The notes beneath the pieces were generated by a model, which worked only from the letters and a program-made list of their open reading frames with translations, was not told where the DNA came from and made no database searches. DNA of 64,000 bases from a virus. Position numbers and translations under genes: made by a program. How positions within the stretch are numbered: position 1 is the first letter of the stretch; each line of letters begins with the position of its first letter. This document shows positions 36,262-45,436 of this stretch, in pieces. The stretch is taken from IMG/VR virus record IMGVR_UViG_3300037313_001959; one strand, given 5' to 3'.

Positions 36262-36815
36262 AGTTGACTGAAGGTCTTAGAGAAAACGATTTAGAAGGGC
36301 TTGTACTGCCAGTTATTTCTATTGATCAATTTGAATCTAAAATCGATGACGATGCAATTGTTATTGGCTTCTATGTGCTGTATCGAGATCCAGCAACCGA
36401 CCTTAACCGCTTCATTCAGAAAAGCGCAGTCGACATAATCGACACTGAGGTCTCACCCGCGCCAACGGAAGAAGGCTACTATGTCGTTTTTGTCGAGGTG
36501 ATGCGAAACGAAAAGTTTCCAGAAGCACTTCTAGCAATTTTAGAGAATATCGGCAATTTAGTCGGCTTTAGCAATTGGCAGTTCACTGCGTATGGTGTTG
36601 ATGGTGTGCATGACTTGTCAGTTGACGAGATAAAATCACTGATCCGGCTAACTCCAGCCGTAGAGTCAGACACCAATGACTCTGATATCGGTGAATCTGT
36701 GGACCGACATACAATCGATCGTATTCTCGATGAAGGCAGAAGAGATCCGAGCTATAGTCTGCCGACAACAATGGCTGAGTTTCGCGACGCTATACAAAAG
36801 CTATTCGCTAGCTAG
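36258..36815 (+). CDS. Hypothetical phage protein
   Basis: ATGA overlap; MKLTEGLRENDLEGLV. Confidence 0.7.
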   Translation: MKLTEGLRENDLEGLVLPVISIDQFESKIDDDAIVIGFYVLYRDPATDLNRFIQKSAVDIIDTEVSPAPTEEGYYVVFVEVMRNEKFPEALLAILENIGNLVGFSNWQFTAYGVDGVHDLSVDEIKSLIRLTPAVESDTNDSDIGESVDRHTIDRILDEGRRDPSYSLPTTMAEFRDAIQKLFAS

Positions 36816-37121
36816 CTGGGCTGCTTGTTCCCTATAAGCGCGTTGCTCCTCAGACATAGCTGCGCGGGTTGTGCTAACTTCCTGTAAAAGCTGTGGGTAA
36901 CCACGCGCCGCAAGTGCCGTGGCGGTCTCTAGATACATGGTATACATTTGGCTCCTTACTTCGAGGTATTTCGCAATACCTCGAAGCTCAGAAGCGCGCA
37001 ACGGCCGGTCTTTGATATTTGTGGTAAACTGCTCTTTCATTTTTTCAGTGGCTGCGTGCTCTCGCCGGAAGCCGGTAAGCCATGCTGCTTGTAGGCGGCG
37101 GGGGTTCCTGACGTACACCAT
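36801..37121 (-). CDS. Hypothetical protein
   Basis: GAGG SD; 106 aa. Confidence 0.5.
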   Translation of the reverse strand: MVYVRNPRRLQAAWLTGFRREHAATEKMKEQFTTNIKDRPLRASELRGIAKYLEVRSQMYTMYLETATALAARGYPQLLQEVSTTRAAMSEEQRAYREQAAQLASE

Positions 37122-37546
37122 ACACCCTCATTAACCAGATCGAGGCGCTAAGAAAGCTTCGTCTGTCCGCTCCCACTGGCGTTCGAGCGGGTGTAATGAT
37201 AGCCACTTGCGACCAAGTTCAATCCTGATTGCTCTATGCATTGATCGGGTCCATTTCGCATTGCATGGTGATGGCAATGGTAAACGTTTGTGCCGTTTTT
37301 GCCGCGGACGCACAAACACTGGCCAGACCCTTTCACGAAAGCGGCCTTCAAGCCGTTTGACCCGGTGCAAGCTATCAAACTCTGCATGCATTAATCCAAA
37401 ACACCTTCCGCACATTTATCCTACCCTACTGTTTTGCTACCGAACGTGAGAAGTATTAGCGCTATCAGCAATACAACAAACAGAGCTATCCCTAAGATAA
37501 CCCATGCTCTGTCTGACAACTTCATATAGACCTCGCTTTGTCCAAA

Positions 37547-37879
37547 TTAACAATCGTCAGCGTCCAAATGGACATGCTGAAGTCTGCCTATTTCATCGTG
37601 CCAGATATTATGCGGTGTATAATCGCTGGCAATGGTGTACACTATGCACTCCTTGTTAACTTCGTCACAAAACAACTTTGCACACAGTAATTCCTGGAAT
37701 GGATAGAACTCGCCGTTTATTTCGACTATATAAAATGGATATGTTTCGATTGAATTTACATGTGTTGCTCCAACAACGGAATCTGGTTTCATGGCCATAT
37801 ACGCAGACGCTTTTTCCCACTCCTCAAATATACCTGCGATGTAAGGCCGCTGAGATCCAGTTGCTATTATGATGTTCAT
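37547..37879 (-). CDS. Hypothetical protein
   Basis: 110-aa ORF. Confidence 0.55.
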   Translation of the reverse strand: MNIIIATGSQRPYIAGIFEEWEKASAYMAMKPDSVVGATHVNSIETYPFYIVEINGEFYPFQELLCAKLFCDEVNKECIVYTIASDYTPHNIWHDEIGRLQHVHLDADDC

Positions 37880-37890
37880 TATAACGTTCC

Positions 37891-38100
37891 TTAATCTTCA
37901 TCATATGCTCGTCTTATAGTCTGCAACGAATCCGGACGGAAGTCGTTACTGGTATCACCTGTTAACAATTTATCGAGTTTCAATTTCCTCTCTTTTAATT
38001 GTTTCTTGGTTACGCCCATCTTTTTTAAGAACTTCTCATGTGCAATTTGCGCTGGGGTCAACGGTTTTTTTGTGGCTCTATTTTTCTTGGAAGCGACCAT
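37891..38100 (-). CDS. Small basic protein
   Basis: Lys-rich; AAGGTG SD. Confidence 0.55.
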   Translation of the reverse strand: MVASKKNRATKKPLTPAQIAHEKFLKKMGVTKKQLKERKLKLDKLLTGDTSNDFRPDSLQTIRRAYDED

Positions 38101-38218
38101 AACAACACCTTTAAGGGATTTCTATGTTTACAACCAAATAGTGGCACCTCCTAAAGGGACAATCAAGCCCAAATAGCTATGGATCCATAAAATACAAACG
38201 GATTGAGTTTTCTGCTGG

Positions 38219-38225
38219 CTAAATA
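38219..38225 (+). promoter_or_regulatory. CTAAATA motif upstream of prkA
   Basis: Exact heptamer 44 nt before the ATG. Confidence 0.5.
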
Positions 38226-38268
38226 GGATGGAATTAAACGCGTACTTTAAGCAGCCAAAGGATTTTAG

Positions 38269-40212
38269 ATGAGCCTCCTAAAGAAGTACTCAGAGGAGTT
38301 TAAAAACTCCACTTATGATGTAATGAGCCTTGAAGAATACCTTGAACTCTGCAAGGACGATAGAATGGCTTATGCCAGTATTGCCGAGAGAATGGTCAAA
38401 GCAATAGGCGACCCACAGATTATTGATACTGTGAGTGACCCGCGCCTCAGCCGTATCTTCCTTAACCGCACAATCAAATTGTATCCAGCATTCTCAGATT
38501 TCCATGGCATGGAGGATGTAATTGAGCATATTGTTGGGTATTTTGTGCATGCATCTCAAGGACTCGAGGAAAGGAAGCAGATCCTTTACCTGCTAGGACC
38601 TGTCGGTGGTGGAAAAAGCTCACTGGCAGAACGAATCAAATCTCTTGCTGAGAAGTTCCCCATTTACGCATTGGCAATCTATCGCAACAACAAACTAGAT
38701 ATTTCTCCAGTGTTCGAAACACCGCTTGGACTTTTCCATCCCGAAAAGCACGCACCAGAGATTGCCGAAGAGTATAATATTCCCCGCCGGTATTTCACAG
38801 GGCTAACAAGCCCTTGGGCGATTAAGCGGCTCGACGAAGTTGGTGGCGATATCACAAAATTCAAAGTCGTCAAGTTGCAACCCAGCAAGCTGAGGCAGAT
38901 TGCGGTCGTAAAAACTGAGCCAGGAGACGAAAATAACCAGGATATTTCAACGCTTGTTGGCAAAGTCGATATTAGGAAATTGGAATATTTCAGCCAGGAT
39001 GATCCTGACGCATATAACTTTAGCGGCGCGCTGTGCCGAGGTAACCAGGGCGTACTCGAATTTGTTGAGATGTTTAAAGCACCCATAAAGGTGCTTCATC
39101 CCCTGCTTACAGCTACACAAGAAGGTAACTACGTGGGCACCGAGGCTATATCTGCGATTCCGTTCCAGGGCGTTGTTTTAGCACACAGCAACGAAGCCGA
39201 GTGGCAAACGTTTAGGTCAAATAGGAATAACGAAGCGTTTCTTGACCGGATATGCGTGATCAAAGTCCCATATTGCTTGCGCGTTGATGAAGAGGTTAAG
39301 ATCTATAAAAAGATGCTGGCAACGTCCAGCTTGCACACAGCGCCGTGCGCGCCGCATACATTGGAAATGCTAGCACAATTTGGCGTCCTTACCCGCTTAA
39401 AGCCGCATGAAAATTCGAATTTGTATTCGAAAATGCGGATTTACAATGGTGAGAATCTTAGAGACATTGATCCAAAAGCCAAAAGTGTAATGGAGTATCG
39501 GGACGTTGCTGGTGTGGATGAGGGTATGAGCGGCACCAGCACACGTTTTGCTTTTAAAATCCTGTCGCAGACATTCAACCATGACCAGATTGAGGTGTCA
39601 GCAGATCCCGTTCATTTGATGCTAGTTCTTGAGCAAACAATTCGTCGTCAGCAATTTCCAGAGGGACTCGAGAATCAATATCTCGAGTTTATCAAAAGCG
39701 AATTGTCGCCCCGCTTTGCTGAAGACCTTGGTAATGAAATTCAAAAAGCATACTTAGAAAGCTATGGCGAATATGGCCAGAATCTTTTCGACAGGTATAT
39801 TTCGTATGCGGACGCCTGGATTGACGATCAAGAATACAAAGATCCTGATACTGGTCAGATGTACAATCGCGATGCGTTGAACAGCGAACTCGAGAAAATT
39901 GAAAAGCCAGCGGGGATCTCAAATCCGAAAGATTTTCGAAATGAAGTGGTTAAGTTTGTTCTACGCCAGAAGGCCAAAAACGGAGGGGTAGTAGCCTGGA
40001 CGTCGTATGAAAAACTGCGCGAAGTGATTGAGAAAAAAATGTTTAGTTCCTCTGAAGCGTTGCTCCCCGTGATATCGTTTGGCACCAAGAAGGACAAAGA
40101 GACAGAAAAAAAGCATCAAGACTTCTTACAGCGTATGATTGAACGCGGATTTACAGAGCGTCAAACACGCCGGCTTGTTGAATGGTATACACGAGTGAGG
40201 AAGTCAGGCTAA
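38269..40212 (+). CDS. prkA: PrkA/YeaG AAA+ serine-kinase-family protein
   Basis: Full length, 647 aa; Walker A GPVGGGKS, TEPGDENNQDIS, EFVEMFKAPIKVLHPLLTATQE, GMSGTSTRFAFK. Confidence 0.97.
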   Translation: MSLLKKYSEEFKNSTYDVMSLEEYLELCKDDRMAYASIAERMVKAIGDPQIIDTVSDPRLSRIFLNRTIKLYPAFSDFHGMEDVIEHIVGYFVHASQGLEERKQILYLLGPVGGGKSSLAERIKSLAEKFPIYALAIYRNNKLDISPVFETPLGLFHPEKHAPEIAEEYNIPRRYFTGLTSPWAIKRLDEVGGDITKFKVVKLQPSKLRQIAVVKTEPGDENNQDISTLVGKVDIRKLEYFSQDDPDAYNFSGALCRGNQGVLEFVEMFKAPIKVLHPLLTATQEGNYVGTEAISAIPFQGVVLAHSNEAEWQTFRSNRNNEAFLDRICVIKVPYCLRVDEEVKIYKKMLATSSLHTAPCAPHTLEMLAQFGVLTRLKPHENSNLYSKMRIYNGENLRDIDPKAKSVMEYRDVAGVDEGMSGTSTRFAFKILSQTFNHDQIEVSADPVHLMLVLEQTIRRQQFPEGLENQYLEFIKSELSPRFAEDLGNEIQKAYLESYGEYGQNLFDRYISYADAWIDDQEYKDPDTGQMYNRDALNSELEKIEKPAGISNPKDFRNEVVKFVLRQKAKNGGVVAWTSYEKLREVIEKKMFSSSEALLPVISFGTKKDKETEKKHQDFLQRMIERGFTERQTRRLVEWYTRVRKSG

Positions 40213-40221
40213 TACCATTGG

Positions 40222-40253
40222 TGAGGAATCAGTGGTCTTGGCCTGATTCCTCA
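40222..40253 (+). other. 11-bp hairpin between prkA and yeaH (possible mRNA stabiliser or processing site)
   Basis: TGAGGAATCAG-N10-CTGATTCCTCA; no U-tract. Confidence 0.45.
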
Positions 40254-40325
40254 TGATCGGATGCAGAAAAGATAAATTAATAGAAGCCTTTTCTACCAGC
40301 TACCCCTCTTTTAGGGAGTACCCCA

Positions 40326-41621
40326 ATGGCATACATTATAGACCGACGTGAGAATCCCTCAGGGAAAAATCTAGGGAACCGACAGAGGTTCATTCGTCGG
40401 GCAAAGGACCAAATCAAGGACGCCGTGAAGGCAAGTATTAAAGCCAAGAATTTAAAGGATCTTACAAAAGGCGATAACATTGAAGTTCCAGTTCGTGATT
40501 TGCGGCAGCCTTCATTCAGCCATGATCCAAGAGTAGGACAGCGTAAACACGTCTTGCCAGGTAATAAAGAGTATGTAGAGGATGATTCAATCCCTCGGCC
40601 AGAAAGCAGAGGAGGGGGTGGTGGCACAGAGGGATCACCTACCGGTGAAGGCCAAGATGATTTTGTTTTTACGCTAACTCGTGAAGAATTCACCGATCTT
40701 TTTTTTGAAGATCTAGAATTACCTAATCTCACAAAACAGAAGTTTAAAGAAATGGTAGCCCTCAAATTGAAGAGGGCTGGTTTTACAAATACTGGCAATC
40801 CAGCAAACCTTGATATTAAGCAGTCTGCACGCCAGGCGCTTGCACGTCGCATTGCGTTGCGCAGGCCGCATGAGGAAACAGTTAATTTACTGGAGGACCG
40901 TCTGCTTGAGGCCTGTCTGGCAGACCTAGATAATGGTGACGAGATTGACGAACTCAAAGGGCAACTTGAGGTTCAAAGGCGGCGGATGAGGATTGTCCCC
41001 TGGATTGATCCAATCGATGTCCGTTACCGCAATTTTGTGCCAAAGCCGACGCCAATTACGCAAGCGGTCATGTTTTCGGTTATGGATGTATCAGGAAGTA
41101 TGGGAGAACGCGAAAAGGACATCGCAAAACGATTTTTCCTGCTTCTTCATTTGTTTTTGACGACAAAATATCAGAAAGTTGATATCGTTTTCATCAGGCA
41201 TACCCACGAAGCACAAGAATGTGACGAGGAAACGTTTTTTTATGATAAAACGACAGGAGGTACTGTCGTGTCAAAAGCACTCGAAGAAATGATTAAAATA
41301 GTTCGTGAAAGATACCCGGTTAGTGAATGGAACATCTATCTCGCTCAAGCAAGCGACGGCGACAATTACAGCAGCGATAGCGATCTCTGCAAGCGATGCC
41401 TTACTCAAGATATACTACCTATTACACAGTATATGGCGTATATCGAAATTCAAAATGAAGCGCCTCCCGGCGTTTATTTTAACAGTCACGATAAAGAATT
41501 ATGGAAGTCATATGAAGCGATAAAGGATGACTGGGACAATTTTCAGATTAAAAAGATCAAAAGCATAACTGAGATTTATCCGGTCTTTCGCGAGTTGTTC
41601 GTCAAGGAGGCGATCGCCTGA
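40326..41621 (+). CDS. yeaH: YeaH/YhbH (DUF444) vWA-like protein
   Basis: IIDRR.NP.GKNLGNRQRF, HVLPGNKEY, MDVSGSMGE, GGTVVS, QASDGDN. Confidence 0.96.
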   Translation: MAYIIDRRENPSGKNLGNRQRFIRRAKDQIKDAVKASIKAKNLKDLTKGDNIEVPVRDLRQPSFSHDPRVGQRKHVLPGNKEYVEDDSIPRPESRGGGGGTEGSPTGEGQDDFVFTLTREEFTDLFFEDLELPNLTKQKFKEMVALKLKRAGFTNTGNPANLDIKQSARQALARRIALRRPHEETVNLLEDRLLEACLADLDNGDEIDELKGQLEVQRRRMRIVPWIDPIDVRYRNFVPKPTPITQAVMFSVMDVSGSMGEREKDIAKRFFLLLHLFLTTKYQKVDIVFIRHTHEAQECDEETFFYDKTTGGTVVSKALEEMIKIVRERYPVSEWNIYLAQASDGDNYSSDSDLCKRCLTQDILPITQYMAYIEIQNEAPPGVYFNSHDKELWKSYEAIKDDWDNFQIKKIKSITEIYPVFRELFVKEAIA

Positions 41622-41881
41622 TGCGGATAGTCCGAAGTACTCGAACAATCGAAGTTCTTTCGCACCTCCTTTCTCGTGGTCATTTTTCAGAACAAGAATT
41701 TGTTGAAGCGGTGAGCAGATTCAACATGCGAAAGCCACGCGATGAGCCTGCACTAACATACGGCATGGTTAACAAGGCTCGTTCAACTTGGTGCGATTCC
41801 TACATTGACGAATATGGCGTGCGGCTTTGGCGCACAAAATTGGATCGCAATGACGCCAAAAAGCGTCCTCACCTTCGTTAA
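41621..41881 (+). CDS. Small basic hypothetical protein inserted between yeaH and spoVR
   Basis: Start coupled to the yeaH stop; AAGGAGG SD. Confidence 0.6.
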   Translation: MRIVRSTRTIEVLSHLLSRGHFSEQEFVEAVSRFNMRKPRDEPALTYGMVNKARSTWCDSYIDEYGVRLWRTKLDRNDAKKRPHLR

Positions 41882-41917
41882 ATAGAGATATTATCAAGTC
41901 AACACAGGAATGGCTTA

Positions 41918-43462
41918 ATGTCAAAGAAAGTTCGTTCACTTAAGAACGCGCCGCTATTCATCGATAGCAGGTGGACTTTTCCATTACTTCAGCAACTATT
42001 AGAAGCATGCGAAAAGATTGGTAGAGAAGAGCTAAATCTTGATCTCTACACAAACCAGATAGAAATTGTATCAAGCGAACAAATGCTCGACGCCTACGCA
42101 AGCATTGGCATGCCAATCATGTATCAACACTGGTCATGGGGTATGTCGTTCGCGCAAAATCAGTCATTATATCGTCGTGGTTTGCAGGGGTTAGCATATG
42201 AAATGGTGCTTAACAGCCAGCCCTGCATTTCTTACTGTATGGAAGATAATTCCATGACTATGCAAGCGCTCGTGATAGCGCATGCTGCCGTTGGACATAA
42301 TTCATTCTTTAAAATGAATGAATTCTTCAAACAATGGACCGATGCTGACGGCATAATCGATTATCTTGTGTTCGCTAAAAACTATGTAAGTGAGTGTGAG
42401 GCAAGATATGGCTTTGCCGCAGTTGAACGTATTTTGGATAGCTGCCATGCCTTGATGAGCCATGGTATAGACCGATACACTAAGCCAAGCAAGTTGTCAG
42501 TCGAAGGCGAAAAAGAGCGTTTGAAGTTTTTGGAGGATGAGGAACAACGCAGCATCAACGAGTTGTGGAAGACATTGCCGAAAAAAGTCGGCGAACTGCC
42601 TGAATCGGAATCAGAAAAACTTTTTGTTGAACGCCGTAAGCTGTTGAAACTTCCTGAAGAGAACCTTCTCTATTTTATCGAAAAGAAAAGTCCATCACTT
42701 AAGCCATGGGAGCGTGAACTCGTTCGAATTGTCCGCAAAATCTCACAATATTTCTACCCACAAAGCGAAACAAAATGTATGAACGAGGGATGGGCGTCAA
42801 CGGTCCACTATTATATTATGAACCGCCTTCATGAAACAGGCCTCATCACTGATGGTTCATTCCTTGAATTTTTGCATAGTCATACTTCAGTATTGAAGCA
42901 GCCTGAATTTGACAGCCATTACTATAATGGAATCAATCCGTATGCGTTAGGCTTTGCAATTTTTGAAGACATAAAACGAATATGTGAAGAGCCCACATCT
43001 GAGGATAAGGAATGGTTTCCACATCTTGTCGGTAGAAATTGGTTGGAAGAATGGCATTTTGCTATGGCCAACTTTCGCGACGAATCCTTTATTCGTCAAT
43101 ACCTGTCGCCACACCTAATCAGAAAATGGCACATGTTTGTTATAAACGACGATTGGACTAAGAATTTTCTTCAGGTTGAAAACATTCATAATGAACGAGG
43201 TTACAAAAAGGTCCGAACTGCCTTGGCAAACCAATACAGCTCTGGTTATCGCACGCCCGACATCCAAGTTTGGGATGTAAACCTTCAAGGCAACAGACAT
43301 CTTCAACTGAGACATGCAGTCCATAATCATCGCCCGTTGGATAAGGACACCAGCGAGGTAATGAAACATTTACTCCGTCTGTGGGGTTATGGAGTCGTCC
43401 TAGAGAGCATCGACGCAGACACTGGACGCATTTTAAATACGTATAGAGTTGAGGCATCCTAG
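41918..43462 (+). CDS. spoVR: SpoVR/YcgB family protein
   Basis: MLDAYASIGMP.MY.HWSWG, LAYEMVLNS.PCI, HAAVGHNSFFK, KCMNEGWAS, NFRDESFIRQYL. Confidence 0.96.
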   Translation: MSKKVRSLKNAPLFIDSRWTFPLLQQLLEACEKIGREELNLDLYTNQIEIVSSEQMLDAYASIGMPIMYQHWSWGMSFAQNQSLYRRGLQGLAYEMVLNSQPCISYCMEDNSMTMQALVIAHAAVGHNSFFKMNEFFKQWTDADGIIDYLVFAKNYVSECEARYGFAAVERILDSCHALMSHGIDRYTKPSKLSVEGEKERLKFLEDEEQRSINELWKTLPKKVGELPESESEKLFVERRKLLKLPEENLLYFIEKKSPSLKPWERELVRIVRKISQYFYPQSETKCMNEGWASTVHYYIMNRLHETGLITDGSFLEFLHSHTSVLKQPEFDSHYYNGINPYALGFAIFEDIKRICEEPTSEDKEWFPHLVGRNWLEEWHFAMANFRDESFIRQYLSPHLIRKWHMFVINDDWTKNFLQVENIHNERGYKKVRTALANQYSSGYRTPDIQVWDVNLQGNRHLQLRHAVHNHRPLDKDTSEVMKHLLRLWGYGVVLESIDADTGRILNTYRVEAS

Positions 43463-43471
43463 GGAGTCAAA

Positions 43472-43690
43472 GTGTCAAAAGAAGATCAAATTAGATTTAG
43501 AGGCCAAGTTATCGAAGTACTGCCAAACGCTATGTTCAAAATAAGGTTGGAGAACAACCACACCATTCTAGGCCATATATCCGGAAAGATGCGGAAAAAC
43601 CAGATAACGGTTTTGTTGCACGATATGTGCCAAGTAGAGATGAGCCCCTATGATATGACCAAGGGGCGTATTACATTTAGATATAAATGA
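43472..43690 (+). CDS. infA: Translation initiation factor IF-1
   Basis: [72 protein letters not shown]. Confidence 0.96.
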   Translation: MSKEDQIRFRGQVIEVLPNAMFKIRLENNHTILGHISGKMRKNQITVLLHDMCQVEMSPYDMTKGRITFRYK

Positions 43691-44185
43691 TTAGTGGTGT
43701 GAAAACAGATAATTGTATTTCACATCGTCCTTATTCAAAATAACCAGGTCAATATCACCGTATTCGCCTAAGAAAAAGTCGGCTATTGCGAACCGTGCTT
43801 GCATCAGTAGGCGCCGCTTGCGGAGGTGGTATGGTCGATCGTGATTCAAATGGCACCTCTGGCACCATGCTGCAATCCGATCATATTGGTTGTCACCAAC
43901 GATGCGTGGATCATGGTCTTTATGCGCCGCGGCAAGATATACTTTTATAGTTTTGCCGTTGCCATATTCGAAAATATCCGGCCAGAACGTTTGATGCCCC
44001 TCTTTATCGCGCCATATTTTTGTGATTGGATCATACCACCTACCATCATTTAATTGGCGAAGCGTTATTCCATGGTGCCTACCACAATTCTCACATATAC
44101 CGTTTTCTCTCACAAATCTCACAAAATGCGAGATCTTCCTCCAGTCTGCTGGGTAATATTTGCGTAATGTGCGGTTTATCGGCAT
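43691..44185 (-). CDS. HNH-like zinc-binding protein
   Basis: MPI...YPADW, CENCG, AAHKDHDP, WCQRCHLNHD; probable ATG 44185. Confidence 0.7.
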   Translation of the reverse strand: MPINRTLRKYYPADWRKISHFVRFVRENGICENCGRHHGITLRQLNDGRWYDPITKIWRDKEGHQTFWPDIFEYGNGKTIKVYLAAAHKDHDPRIVGDNQYDRIAAWCQRCHLNHDRPYHLRKRRLLMQARFAIADFFLGEYGDIDLVILNKDDVKYNYLFSHH

Positions 44186-44198
44186 GGCACCACTACAG

Positions 44199-44504
44199 CT
44201 AAGGGTTGGAGTCAGAAGCTGAATAATCAGCACTCATCAACTTGAAGACACACGCGTCACTAGGACTATCAAACCATAGATGGAGTCTGAACTGGTCATC
44301 ATCATTGTCGGTTGACCAACTCCAATTGCCCTGGCAGTTGTTCTCAGCACACCAAAGAGACCACCGGTATAGAGTGCTGTTGCGCCATAAAGCAAACCAG
44401 TCATATGCGCTTATACCAGCGGCAGTACTATCCAGAGGTGTACCCCGAATCGTAACTTGGATTGCTTTTCTACCAATCTTGTTGACCGGAACATAGCCAG
44501 CCAT
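44199..44504 (-). CDS. Small FKL-motif family protein
   Basis: Ends LWFDSPSDACVFKLMSADY... Confidence 0.65.
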   Translation of the reverse strand: MAGYVPVNKIGRKAIQVTIRGTPLDSTAAGISAYDWFALWRNSTLYRWSLWCAENNCQGNWSWSTDNDDDQFRLHLWFDSPSDACVFKLMSADYSASDSNP

Positions 44505-44548
44505 ATTATGTCCACCTGACCAACGTCATTAACAACACGCTCCAAGAT

Positions 44549-44962
44549 TCACAGCACTAGCTTTGCAAAAACCGCTACCTTATTGTTCCGACATTTTATG
44601 ACACCGAAATTGCAGTCGAAGATGTCTTTAGAATGCTGTTCCTTAAGCATCGCTATTCCCTCCTTGTAGCGATCTGTATGGTAGTTGTCTATGCGTATTA
44701 TCGGGCCGTTCCAAAGCCACCACCAGTTCCAAAAGTGTCCGCTAGCTACATACAATATACTGTAGTCAATTGCTGCTAATATCCAAGCAGAAAGCGTCAA
44801 AATCGCCATCAACGGTGAACAATAGACACAACACAGCGTCGTAAGGCCACAGAGTCCGCTTAAAGTTATCACAAACAGCACGCGCAGGTTCTGCTGTTGT
44901 GCACGACAGATTCGGTATGAATGGTCTTGGATATCCAATTCGCCAAACCTGTCTGCTACCAT
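44549..44962 (-). CDS. Membrane-anchored FKL-like family protein
   Basis: Two TM segments, Trp-rich linker (WNWWWLWNGP), ends IKCRNNKVAVFAKLVL. Confidence 0.62.
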   Translation of the reverse strand: MVADRFGELDIQDHSYRICRAQQQNLRVLFVITLSGLCGLTTLCCVYCSPLMAILTLSAWILAAIDYSILYVASGHFWNWWWLWNGPIIRIDNYHTDRYKEGIAMLKEQHSKDIFDCNFGVIKCRNNKVAVFAKLVL

Positions 44963-44964
44963 TG

Positions 44965-45351
44965 CTACATCATCTTAAACAACACGGCAAGGCGTGCATG
45001 CTTGAACTTGATCACTCCGGTTCCAAGGACCTTAATGTCAGTTCCATAGTTTTCCAGCAACCAGATAACCTTCTCACCATACTGCTGTTCATCGGTAACA
45101 GCGAGTCGGAGCATCGGGCCACGCCATAAAAACCACCAATCGGACCGGTCTCTATTCCTAAACACAAGTATGGCCATTGCCACACTCGCACAAACGCATC
45201 CAAAAATGGCAGTGATTGGCGGTATTTGACCTAACAACGCCAATCCGATGCAAATGAATGGCCAAACGATAGTGGCACCAAAAATCATCCGTAGATCTTG
45301 TTGCATAGCAAGCATTTCGCTGTAGAACTGGTCGGACTCTCGGAAATCCAT
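44965..45351 (-). CDS. Membrane-anchored FKL-like family protein
   Basis: Two TM segments, DWWFLWRGP, ends IKFKHARLAVLFKMM; paralogue of the adjacent ORF. Confidence 0.65.
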   Translation of the reverse strand: MDFRESDQFYSEMLAMQQDLRMIFGATIVWPFICIGLALLGQIPPITAIFGCVCASVAMAILVFRNRDRSDWWFLWRGPMLRLAVTDEQQYGEKVIWLLENYGTDIKVLGTGVIKFKHARLAVLFKMM

Positions 45352-45427
45352 GTCTTAAACCTTTGTTAGGCGGTATACTACTACGCTTAAGGATAAATGT
45401 CACTGCACCTAATGGGGTGTTCCTGCG

Positions 45428-45434
45428 CTAAATA
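45428..45434 (+). promoter_or_regulatory. CTAAATA motif upstream of dnaJ-clpA
   Basis: Exact heptamer in the intergenic gap. Confidence 0.5.
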
Positions 45435-45436
45435 TA

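Noticed and set aside
40277-40957. 226-aa minus-strand ORF, and similar ORFs opposite prkA and clpA
   Set aside because: These are antisense to well-conserved genes, Ser-rich and without family motifs.
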